Made by a program: the position numbers and the translations under genes
The notes under the pieces: model-generated
Databases searched by the model: none
The model's input: only the letters and a program-made list of their open reading frames with translations
Told to the model about the DNA's origin: nothing
Part shown: positions 25,100 through 32,000 of the stretch, one piece after another
Layout of the letters: every line of letters starts with the position of its first letter
Position numbering within the stretch: position 1 is the first letter of the stretch
NCBI RefSeq assembly: GCF_014396165.1
Contig: NZ_CP060715.1
Span: 1-32,000, forward strand
Length of the DNA: 32,000 nucleotides
Direction: 5' to 3'
Origin: Erysipelothrix inopinata
GTDB taxonomy: Bacteria; Bacillota_I; Bacilli_A; Erysipelotrichales; Erysipelotrichaceae

Positions 25100-25475
25100 A
25101 TGTTAACCACTCCCATGTTTCAAAGACTATTTTTCCTTTGTCACTTACTTTTAAAGACAATGGATTGTGGTCTTCACTGAAAGAAACGATAACCTCAAAA
25201 TCATCCACTGATTTTATATATTTATTCTCTTTCTTAATATAGCTTGCAAGCGGTGAAGTCGATTTTTCTAAATCATCTGCGAGATGCGTGTTGGAAAAGT
25301 AAATAATTGCTTCAAGTTCATTCTTCCCCAATTGGCTGGCCTCCATCGTTCGATCTGAGGCAACAATAACTTCTTGGTTTTGAACGATTAACGAAAAAAA
25401 AGACACTAAAACAATAGCGAGAATTGCCAACGCAATGACATTTTCAACCATAGTAAAAGCATCTTTGTTTTTCAT
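25089..25475 (-). CDS. Minor type IV pilin-like protein with non-canonical leader (Ala at -1)
   Basis: MKNKDA|FTMVENVIALAILAIVLVSFFSLIV has FTxxE plus a hydrophobic helix, but Ala replaces the usual Gly before Phe. I place the start at ATG 25475 behind a GGGGGG RBS. The ORF-track extension to 25517 would translate the palindrome. Confidence 0.7.
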   Translation of the reverse strand: MKNKDAFTMVENVIALAILAIVLVSFFSLIVQNQEVIVASDRTMEASQLGKNELEAIIYFSNTHLADDLEKSTSPLASYIKKENKYIKSVDDFEVIVSFSEDHNPLSLKVSDKGKIVFETWEWLTYAQ

Positions 25476-25492
25476 ATTTCCCCCCAAAGCAA

Positions 25493-25514
25493 TTAATTGG
25501 TCTAGACCAATTAA
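25493..25514. promoter_or_regulatory. Perfect 22-bp palindrome (candidate operator or 5' leader hairpin) at the head of the pilus operon
   Basis: TTAATTGGTCT|AGACCAATTAA has 11-bp arms and no spacer. It lies 18 nt upstream of ATG 25475 and directly downstream of the predicted -10. Confidence 0.6.
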
Positions 25515-25521
25515 CATATAT

Positions 25522-25550
25522 AATTTAGCACAAACGAACTCCTTTGTCCA
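25522..25550 (-). promoter_or_regulatory. Candidate promoter of the type IV pilus operon
   Basis: On the minus strand, TGGACA (25550-25545), a 17-nt spacer ending in TGc, then TAAATT (25527-25522), which is an extended -10. The predicted TSS is near 25515, at the edge of the palindrome. Confidence 0.4.
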
Positions 25551-25630
25551 TAATTGTTGGTACTATTTTTAGTTGTGTGCAATAATATGGTGTTTTACGG
25601 TCATTTATAGCGATTTAGCGGTAAAACCAT

Positions 25631-25654
25631 AAAAAAAGAGGACTCATCCTCTTT
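25631..25654 (-). terminator. Intrinsic terminator after the HD-domain gene
   Basis: On the minus strand, AAAGAGGA-tgag-TCCTCTTT followed by T-run (stem and run together read TCCTCTTTTTTTAT). The hairpin overlaps the TAA stop at 25653-25655. Confidence 0.85.
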
Positions 25655-26306
25655 AACTTGTTTCTTCAATTTCTAAATAAAACTGATCATAGTACTCTTG
25701 CATGAGTGCTTGTCGTCTTTTGGCAATTTTGATTCCTTCAGGAGTTGTAACCCAATCAATGATTTTTAGTAACTTTTCGTCAAAATGATCAATAGCATTT
25801 CTTTCGACGTTTCGATATTCCTCAAAATTTGAATAAGATTGACCAACGAGATTCGGATCATAAATAGGTGTTCCTTTTGAACCAGCATAGTAGAAAGTGC
25901 GAGCAATCCCAATCGCACCCATAGAATCAATTAAATCTGCATCACTAACATATTGAGCTGATTTAATCTTATCTCTAACACCGTATCCTCCGCGATATCC
26001 TATTTGTGATACACCAAGGATAATCTCAGTTTCATTGCCTTCCAGATCAAGATTCCACTCGATAAACAATTCTCTTAGAGATTTGTCCAAATTATCAGTT
26101 GGTGAAATTTTGTCATCAAATACATCATGGAAGTAAGCAATACATAACGGAACAAATGCATTGTCTTCCTTAGCAATTAAGCGCGAAGTGAGATTCACAA
26201 CGCGCTTAATGTGTTGATAGTCATGCCCTGTAGATTCACCGTTAAAGTGATTTTCTACAAGGCTATCGATTATCTCTAATGTATTCTTTTGTTTATTTGA
26301 TAGCAT
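25653..26306 (-). CDS. HD-domain metal-dependent phosphohydrolase (YedJ/YpgQ-like)
   Basis: 217 aa with H...HD...D signature residues ([10 protein letters not shown] ... [10 protein letters not shown] ... [13 protein letters not shown]). The start overlaps the ptsI 3' end by 14 nt and has no clear RBS, which suggests translational coupling. Confidence 0.85.
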   Translation of the reverse strand: MLSNKQKNTLEIIDSLVENHFNGESTGHDYQHIKRVVNLTSRLIAKEDNAFVPLCIAYFHDVFDDKISPTDNLDKSLRELFIEWNLDLEGNETEIILGVSQIGYRGGYGVRDKIKSAQYVSDADLIDSMGAIGIARTFYYAGSKGTPIYDPNLVGQSYSNFEEYRNVERNAIDHFDEKLLKIIDWVTTPEGIKIAKRRQALMQEYYDQFYLEIEETS

Positions 26307-27996
26307 TGTCGAGAAGTGTTAATACTTCTTCTGTTGTTGAACAATTTAATGCTTGTTCCGTTAATGCTTGCATTTCTGCGAAACTTAAATCACGAATAAT
26401 ACGACGTGCTTCAAGAATTGAAGAAGCTGACATTGAGAATTCGTCTAAGCCAAGTCCAAGTAATAATGGAATTGCTCTTTCGTCTCCAGCCATTTCTCCA
26501 CACATACCACACCATTTGCCTTCTTTATGAGCACCGGCAATTGTCATCTTAACAAGACGTAGAATTGATGGGTTGTATGGTTGGTATAAGTATGAAACTT
26601 TTTCGTTCATACGGTCAGCAGCCATTGAGTATTGGATCAAATCATTTGTACCAATACTGAAGAAGTCTGCTTCTTTAGCAAATTGATCAGCAAGAATCGC
26701 TGCTGCAGGAATTTCAACCATCATACCAAGTTCGATATCATCGCTGAATGCAACACCTTCTTTTGAAAGGTTTTTCTTTTCTTCTTCTACAACTGCTTTT
26801 GCATCACGGAATTCTTGGATAGTAGCAATCATTGGGAACATGATGCTTAATTTTCCGTAAACAGATGCACGTAATAACGCACGAATTTGTACACGGAAGA
26901 TATCTTTACGATCTAAACATAAACGGATCGCACGGTATCCTAAGAATGGGTTCATTTCATGTGGGAATTTTAAGTATGATAGTTCTTTATCGCCACCGAT
27001 GTCTAAAGTACGAACAACAACGCGACCTGGAGCCATGTTTTCAAGTACAGACTTGTATGCTTCAAATTGATCTTCTTCATTAGGAAGTTCTGATGCATCC
27101 ATGTATAAGAATTCTGTACGATATAATCCAACAGCTTCTCCACCATTGTTATTAACACCTTCAACATCTTTAGGTGTACCGATGTTACCTGCTAATTCAA
27201 CTTTATGACCATCTTTTGTGATTGTCTCAGCATCTTTTAGTTCAAGTAATGAACGGCGGTGTTCTGCAAATGCTTCAGCTTTTGCAGCATATTCAGTTTT
27301 TTGTTCTTCTGTAGGTTTGAAGATAATAACACCTTCAAGCGCATCAAGAACAATTTCATCACCGTGTTCGCATTGATCAAGGATTGATCCTGCTCCAACG
27401 ATTGCTGGAATTTCCAAGCTTCTTGCCATGATAGCGGAATGTGATGTACGTCCACCAATTTCAGTTGCAAATCCTTTAACGAATCGACGGTCTAATTGTG
27501 CTGTGTCTGAAGGTGTTAAATCTTCAGCAACGATTACAACTTCTTCGTTGATACGTGTTAAATCAGGAATATTTAAACCTAAGATATGGCATTTTAGACG
27601 GTATGCAACGTCTTTAATATCTGCTGCACGTTCACGGAAATATGGATCATCCATACTTTCAAACATACCAATGAACATGTTACCAACTTGATCAGCTGCA
27701 AAATCAGCATTAACGTTGTCATTTTTGATCATTTCTTCAATTTGCCCTACGAACTCAGGATCTTGAGTAACCATAAGGTGAGCATCGAAGATTGCAAGAT
27801 CTTCTTCTGCGAGACGTCCCACTGCTTGTTCCTTAATTGCAGTGATATCATTTTGAGTCTTAACGACTGCATCTTGAAGTTTTTTAACTTCAGTTTCACT
27901 ATCTGCATCACGTTTTTCAATATTCAATACAGGGTGTTGTAATTTGAATACTTTTGAAACGGAAACACCTGCCGAAGCAGCAATACCTTTAATCAT
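26293..27996 (-). CDS. ptsI: Phosphoenolpyruvate-protein phosphotransferase (PTS Enzyme I)
   Basis: 567 aa with the phospho-His loop [18 protein letters not shown], the PEP-utilizer TIM barrel motifs ([18 protein letters not shown]) and the active-site Cys [19 protein letters not shown]. Confidence 0.96.
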   Translation of the reverse strand: MIKGIAASAGVSVSKVFKLQHPVLNIEKRDADSETEVKKLQDAVVKTQNDITAIKEQAVGRLAEEDLAIFDAHLMVTQDPEFVGQIEEMIKNDNVNADFAADQVGNMFIGMFESMDDPYFRERAADIKDVAYRLKCHILGLNIPDLTRINEEVVIVAEDLTPSDTAQLDRRFVKGFATEIGGRTSHSAIMARSLEIPAIVGAGSILDQCEHGDEIVLDALEGVIIFKPTEEQKTEYAAKAEAFAEHRRSLLELKDAETITKDGHKVELAGNIGTPKDVEGVNNNGGEAVGLYRTEFLYMDASELPNEEDQFEAYKSVLENMAPGRVVVRTLDIGGDKELSYLKFPHEMNPFLGYRAIRLCLDRKDIFRVQIRALLRASVYGKLSIMFPMIATIQEFRDAKAVVEEEKKNLSKEGVAFSDDIELGMMVEIPAAAILADQFAKEADFFSIGTNDLIQYSMAADRMNEKVSYLYQPYNPSILRLVKMTIAGAHKEGKWCGMCGEMAGDERAIPLLLGLGLDEFSMSASSILEARRIIRDLSFAEMQALTEQALNCSTTEEVLTLLDNAIK

Positions 27997-28030
27997 AAAC
28001 GAATCTCCTTTTTATTTCTACAACACTCAT

Positions 28031-28059
28031 ATTCTAACATTTTATGACAGCGTTATCAA
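28031..28059 (-). promoter_or_regulatory. ptsI promoter with overlapping catabolite-responsive element (cre)
   Basis: On the minus strand, TTGATA (28059-28054), a 17-nt spacer, then TAGAAT (28036-28031). The 14-mer TGATAACGCTGTCA (28058-28045) fits the cre consensus TGWNANCGNTNWCA at every constrained position, read on either strand. Confidence 0.6.
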
Positions 28060-28269
28060 AAGTATTTAACGAGAAACCCATGAAATTTAAGGCAATCGCT
28101 TTATGACGGAATATTTTAATGCTAACTTAAGAATCTATGTGAAAATTTATATCTTTTACAGATGACAAGTTTCCACATGGTTTTTATTTATTTGTGGATA
28201 ACTTCTTGATTCACACATACCAAGAGTCTCATCATACATTAAATATATAGATATCACGATTCAATTTCC

Positions 28270-28303
28270 AAAAAGAAACTCCAGATTAATGACCTAGAGT
28301 TTC
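28270..28303 (-). terminator. Intrinsic terminator at the end of the V-ATPase operon
   Basis: On the minus strand, GAAACTCTAGG-tcattaat-CTGGAGTTTC (one mismatch) followed by TTTTT. It starts 6 nt after the ntpD stop. Confidence 0.8.
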
Positions 28304-28308
28304 TTGAG

Positions 28309-28917
28309 TTAGTTTCGTTTACTTTTTACTTCTTTTACTTTTTTCATTCGTGTGAATTCTTCACGTTCTTTTTCTTCTAAAGCATCTGAAATTGTTTTAA
28401 TTTGATATTCTAAATCTGGAATAACAATTTGTTCGAGAGCATTTGCACGCTTTCGACTCTTTTCAATCGCTTTCGCAAGACGATACATTCCATTATCAAG
28501 CTCCGCAAGCTTGGCAGTATAAATCTTAACCTGGCGCATCTGTACATAGACATCATCAAGCTGAGAATTACTAATTCCGAGTGCGTACGGAATTTCAATT
28601 TCAGGATTATCATCAATGCTAACCTTAGGAATTTCAATTCCCATGACCGATCGATAAACAATTTTAATATCTTCTTCTACTGGCATTAATTCCGCAACAC
28701 GGTTAATAACACCAAAAGAAACGTTAGCACGTTGAAGTGCAAGGTATGCTTTAACATAAGAATCATCAATGACATCACGAAGTTCCTTAACATCGTCCAT
28801 CATCTTAGAAAGTTCTTGCATCAGAATAATTCGCTTACGATCCATTAAATCATAGCCCAATTTCGCAAGTCGCAAGGATTCCTTACATGCTAGCAAATTT
28901 CCCTTTGTAATTAACAT
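28309..28917 (-). CDS. ntpD: V-type ATP synthase subunit D
   Basis: 202 aa, long coiled-coil protein. Its N-terminus (LLACKESLRLAKLGYDLMDRKRIILMQEL) and C-terminus (ALEEKEREEFTRMKKVK) are typical of V/A-type subunit D. It directly follows subunit B. Confidence 0.9.
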   Translation of the reverse strand: MLITKGNLLACKESLRLAKLGYDLMDRKRIILMQELSKMMDDVKELRDVIDDSYVKAYLALQRANVSFGVINRVAELMPVEEDIKIVYRSVMGIEIPKVSIDDNPEIEIPYALGISNSQLDDVYVQMRQVKIYTAKLAELDNGMYRLAKAIEKSRKRANALEQIVIPDLEYQIKTISDALEEKEREEFTRMKKVKEVKSKRN

Positions 28918-28918
28918 A

Positions 28919-30364
28919 CTACTTTATCGTTTCAAACAATGCGGGATCAAGAAGTTCTGGGCTATTTTCTTTAAAGAAAGTAATGGCTTTATCTGGTAAA
29001 TAGTAGGTGTCTAGTATTTCTCGATCTAATCGGTCGAGATCGTGAGCTGGAAGTAATGATAGTAAGTTCCAGCCAAGTTCTAGCGTTTCAAAAATATTTC
29101 GGTTTGAGAGATTTCCTTGACCTACATAAAGACTCTCAAACAGTTTTCCAAATGCTAAATAACGTTGATCATCCTTTGAAAGTTCGTCAAGCCCAATAAC
29201 CGACGCTAAATTTCTTACATCAATAACACGAGCGTATGATGCAAAGAGCTGTGCGGAAAGTGGTGCATGATCAGCTCGAGTGAGCCCTTCACCAATACCA
29301 TCTTTCATCAAACGTGAAAGGGATGGTAGAACATTTATCGGTGGATAAATCCCACGTTGTTGAAGTCCACGATCTAACACGATTTGTCCTTCAGTAATAT
29401 ATCCGGTACAGTCAGCGATTGGATGCGAAATATCATCATTAGGCATCGTCAAAATCGGAATCTGTGTGAGTGAACCTTCACTCCCTTCAATACAACCTGC
29501 TCGTTCATACATACTTGCGAGATCTGAGTAGAGATATCCTGGATATCCTTTACGACCCGGAACCTCTTCCTTCGAAGAACTGTATTCACGCAATGCTTCA
29601 CAATACGATGTAATATCTGTCATTACCACAAGAATATGCATATTCTTTTCGAATGCAAGATATTCAGCAGCTGTTAGTGCAAAACGTGGTGTTAAAATTC
29701 TCTCAATAATCGGATCATTTGCAAGATTTAAAAACATAGTTACGTGATCCATAACACCATTCTCGATGAATGTTTGTTTGAAGAATGCCGCAACATCATG
29801 TTTAACACCCATAGCTGCAAAGACAATCGCAAACGACTCATCATTATCACCATGCAGTTTCGCTTGGCGTACAATTTGTGCTGCCAGTTCGTTATGTGAG
29901 AGACCACTACCTGAAAAAATAGGAAGTTTTTGACCACGAATTAATGTATTTAATCCATCAATTGCAGATACTCCTGTATTGATAAAGTTTCTTGGGTAGA
30001 TACGCGAAACAGGGTTGATAACACGACCATTAATATCCATGAACTTTTCAGTAAATACAGGTCCTAGTCCATCAATCGGTGCACCAGAACCATTAAAGCT
30101 TCGCCCTAATATTTCTTCCGACAATCCAATTTCGATGGGTTTCCCAGTAAGTTTTGTCACAACATTATTTTTTGATAGACCATCGGTACTTTCAAAAACT
30201 TGAATTAAACAACGATCTCCTTGCATTTCAATAACGCGGCCAAGACGTGTATGACCGGTATCATCAACCAGCTCAACCAGTTCGTCAAATACCGCATTTT
30301 CAACACCCTCAATTGCAACAAGAGGACCATTGATACTTGATAAACCTTTAAAATAAATACTCAT
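28919..30364 (-). CDS. ntpB: V-type ATP synthase subunit B
   Basis: 481 aa of the regulatory (non-catalytic) alpha/beta-family subunit. Conserved blocks include [48 protein letters not shown] and [14 protein letters not shown]. Confidence 0.95.
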   Translation of the reverse strand: MSIYFKGLSSINGPLVAIEGVENAVFDELVELVDDTGHTRLGRVIEMQGDRCLIQVFESTDGLSKNNVVTKLTGKPIEIGLSEEILGRSFNGSGAPIDGLGPVFTEKFMDINGRVINPVSRIYPRNFINTGVSAIDGLNTLIRGQKLPIFSGSGLSHNELAAQIVRQAKLHGDNDESFAIVFAAMGVKHDVAAFFKQTFIENGVMDHVTMFLNLANDPIIERILTPRFALTAAEYLAFEKNMHILVVMTDITSYCEALREYSSSKEEVPGRKGYPGYLYSDLASMYERAGCIEGSEGSLTQIPILTMPNDDISHPIADCTGYITEGQIVLDRGLQQRGIYPPINVLPSLSRLMKDGIGEGLTRADHAPLSAQLFASYARVIDVRNLASVIGLDELSKDDQRYLAFGKLFESLYVGQGNLSNRNIFETLELGWNLLSLLPAHDLDRLDREILDTYYLPDKAITFFKENSPELLDPALFETIK

Positions 30365-30372
30365 AGTTCCTC

Positions 30373-32000
30373 CTACTCAATTGAAGCGAGCGCTTCATCA
30401 ATTTTTGTATAGTATGCAGCAAATGCTGACAAGTCTTCATCTACTACATATTTCAATCCAATAATATCATCAAAAATATGTGTTTTAATAATTGCACTCA
30501 TTGTCTTTTTAGTTTCTAATACTTCTAAACATTTTGTATGTGTATAGCGAATAAGTTTCAACATTTCATACTGTTTGTTTAAAGATACTGAACTATCGAA
30601 TTTATGGAATGCATTTTGTTGGAGATATCCAACTCGAATAACACGCCCCATTTCGAGCGTCAATTTTTGACGATCTGCAAGGACATCTTGTCCAATTAGT
30701 TTTACAATTTCCATCAGGCTTGTTTCTTCATTTAAGATTGATAGAATAAATTGGCGACACGCTAAGAACTCATCACCGATATTTTCTTCATACCATAATC
30801 CCAATTGAGGTAAATACTCTGAATAACTTTGATTATAGTTAATTGAAGGAAAGTGACGAATATAGGCCAGTGATTTATCAAGTGCCCAAAAACAGCCAAT
30901 AAATCGTTGGGTATTTTGCGTTACAGGTTCAGAGAAATCTGCACCTTGTGGAGAAATAGCACCCACAATACTAATGGATCCACGATCACCATTTAAAGTA
31001 TCGACAAAGGAACTTCTTTCATAGAACGCAGCAAGCCTCGATGCAAGATATGCTGGGAATCCTTCTTCCGCAGGCATTTCTTCAAGACGACCTGACAATT
31101 CACGAAGTGCTTCTGCCCAACGAGATGTCGAGTCTGCCATAAGCGCAACATGGTATCCCATATCACGATAATATTCTGCAAATGTGATTCCTGTATAAAT
31201 AGAGGCTTCACGAGCAGCAACAGGCATGTTAGATGTATTCGCAATTAGAATTGTTCTTTCTAAAAGGGTTCTACCTGTTTTAGGGTCAATAAGTTCTGAA
31301 AATTCTTCGAGGACTTGAGCCATCTCATTACCACGTTCACCACATCCAATATAAACAATAATATCGGCATCACACCATTTTGCAAGTTGGTGTTGAAGCA
31401 TGGTCTTTCCTGCTCCAAAACCTCCAGGAATTGCTGCACTACCCCCTTTTACGATCGGGAATAACGTATCAATAACACGTTGTCCTGTAATCAAAGGAAC
31501 TTTCGCATCAATACGCGCCTTGACAGGACGTTCTTGGCGAATAGGATGATGATGCGACAAGGTTACTGTATGGCCATTATCAAGCGTGTAAAGTACTTCA
31601 TCTAAACGGTAATTGCCATCTTGAGCACGTTCTTTAATAACACCTGTTTCAGGTGCCATAAGGCGATGTTCAATTGAACCTGTTTCTGAGAATGTAGCAA
31701 ATATTTGCCCTTTTTTAATCTCAGCTCCTGCTTCCACTATAAAGTGAACTGGCCATTCCTTATCTTCTGGAAGGGTACGCATGGATTGTCCCACATCAAG
31801 ATATGACCCATATTTTTTGGATATCCCTTGCAGTGGACGACCAATACCATCATAAATATTTCCGAGAAGGCCCGGTCCGAGTTCAATTGTAAGTGGTCTG
31901 TGCGTGTGCTCAATAGGTTCACCAATCTTCATGGAAGATGTCGATTCATAAACCTGGATGGTTACAAATGCATCATCAATTGCGATGACTTCTCCCAATA
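30373..32000 (-). CDS. ntpA: V-type ATP synthase catalytic subunit A (5' end outside the window)
   Basis: Walker A GGFGAGKT. Highly conserved blocks include [31 protein letters not shown] and [22 protein letters not shown]. The reading frame is open to the window edge, so the N-terminal roughly 50 aa are missing. Confidence 0.95.
   Translation of the reverse strand, partial: LGEVIAIDDAFVTIQVYESTSSMKIGEPIEHTHRPLTIELGPGLLGNIYDGIGRPLQGISKKYGSYLDVGQSMRTLPEDKEWPVHFIVEAGAEIKKGQIFATFSETGSIEHRLMAPETGVIKERAQDGNYRLDEVLYTLDNGHTVTLSHHHPIRQERPVKARIDAKVPLITGQRVIDTLFPIVKGGSAAIPGGFGAGKTMLQHQLAKWCDADIIVYIGCGERGNEMAQVLEEFSELIDPKTGRTLLERTILIANTSNMPVAAREASIYTGITFAEYYRDMGYHVALMADSTSRWAEALRELSGRLEEMPAEEGFPAYLASRLAAFYERSSFVDTLNGDRGSISIVGAISPQGADFSEPVTQNTQRFIGCFWALDKSLAYIRHFPSINYNQSYSEYLPQLGLWYEENIGDEFLACRQFILSILNEETSLMEIVKLIGQDVLADRQKLTLEMGRVIRVGYLQQNAFHKFDSSVSLNKQYEMLKLIRYTHTKCLEVLETKKTMSAIIKTHIFDDIIGLKYVVDEDLSAFAAYYTKIDEALASIE

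Noticed and set aside
16913-25475. Interpreting the pilin/ATPase/platform/peptidase cluster as a ComG-type competence pseudopilus.
   Set aside because: PilM-, PilN- and PilO-like genes and a large PilX_N protein are present. The gene count and order do not fit comGA-GG, and no comE/comF-type DNA uptake genes are nearby.
25480-25485. A G6 tract (C6 on the plus strand) forms the RBS of the first pilin gene and could act as a slipped-strand phase-variation switch.
   Set aside because: Six residues are short for efficient slippage, and the tract lies in the RBS rather than in coding or spacer-critical promoter sequence. The simpler explanation is a G-rich Shine-Dalgarno sequence.
26293-27996. 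The idea that ptsI plus the two EIIC-like genes form a functional PTS locus.
   Set aside because: The genes are 14-23 kb apart in separate transcription units. No EIIA, EIIB or HPr ORF exists in any frame of the window, so the co-occurrence looks coincidental.
28169-28201. A perfect DnaA box (TTATCCACA on the minus strand, 28193-28201) lies near an inverted, two-mismatch box (28169-28177) upstream of ptsI.
   Set aside because: One perfect 9-mer is expected by chance about once per few tens of kb on two strands of AT-rich DNA. There is no cluster of boxes, no AT-rich unwinding element pattern and no dnaA/dnaN context. This is not an origin.
1-32000. Possible alternative genetic code (TGA read as Trp, as in Mollicutes), given the AT-rich sequence and PDH/V-ATPase content.
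   Set aside because: All conserved proteins are full length under the standard code. TGA is used as a real stop in the ATGA overlaps (ptb/buk, the PilX-like gene/pilC), and Trp positions are encoded by TGG.

Overview
AT-rich, gene-dense chromosomal segment from a low-GC Gram-positive (Bacillota-like) organism, with standard genetic code, AGGAGG-type RBSs and many ATGA start/stop overlaps. Almost all genes are on the minus strand.

**Left third (147-9045).** One operon reads pdhA-pdhB-pdhC(frameshifted)-pdhD, then an orphan PTS-EIIC-like permease, ptb, buk and a terminal LysR regulator. It is driven by a canonical TTTACA-17-TATAAT promoter with a LysR-style dyad just upstream.

**Centre-left (9163-16809).**
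- A lipoprotein version of trigger factor (secreted FKBP PPIase/chaperone).
- A MerR+GyrI-like regulator followed by a second EIIC-like permease and a D-2-hydroxyacid dehydrogenase.
- A membrane-anchored glucosaminidase co-transcribed with a 96-aa protein carrying an NrdD-type glycyl-radical C-terminal motif.
- Two unknown genes and a GlcD-like FAD oxidase.

**Centre-right (16913-25551).** A complete Gram-positive type IV pilus locus: two minor pilins, a 544-aa PilX_N-anchored pilin-like protein, PilC, PilM, PilN, PilO, an inverted PilD, PilB and the major pilin. A perfect 22-bp palindrome sits on its predicted promoter/TSS, and no PilT is present.

**Right end.** An HD hydrolase, ptsI (no ptsH, with a cre box on its -35) and the distal genes of a V-type ATPase operon (A partial, B, D).

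I saw no rRNA, tRNA, CRISPR, transposase or integrase.

**Most novel-looking candidates.**
- Two EIIC-like permeases built into 2-oxo/2-hydroxy-acid operons with no EIIA, EIIB or HPr.
- The stand-alone NrdD-like glycyl-radical mini-protein, a possible spare part analogous to GrcA.
- The pilus locus with antisense-embedded pilD and a palindromic operator.

All family assignments come from motif recognition by eye and need HMM or BLAST confirmation.
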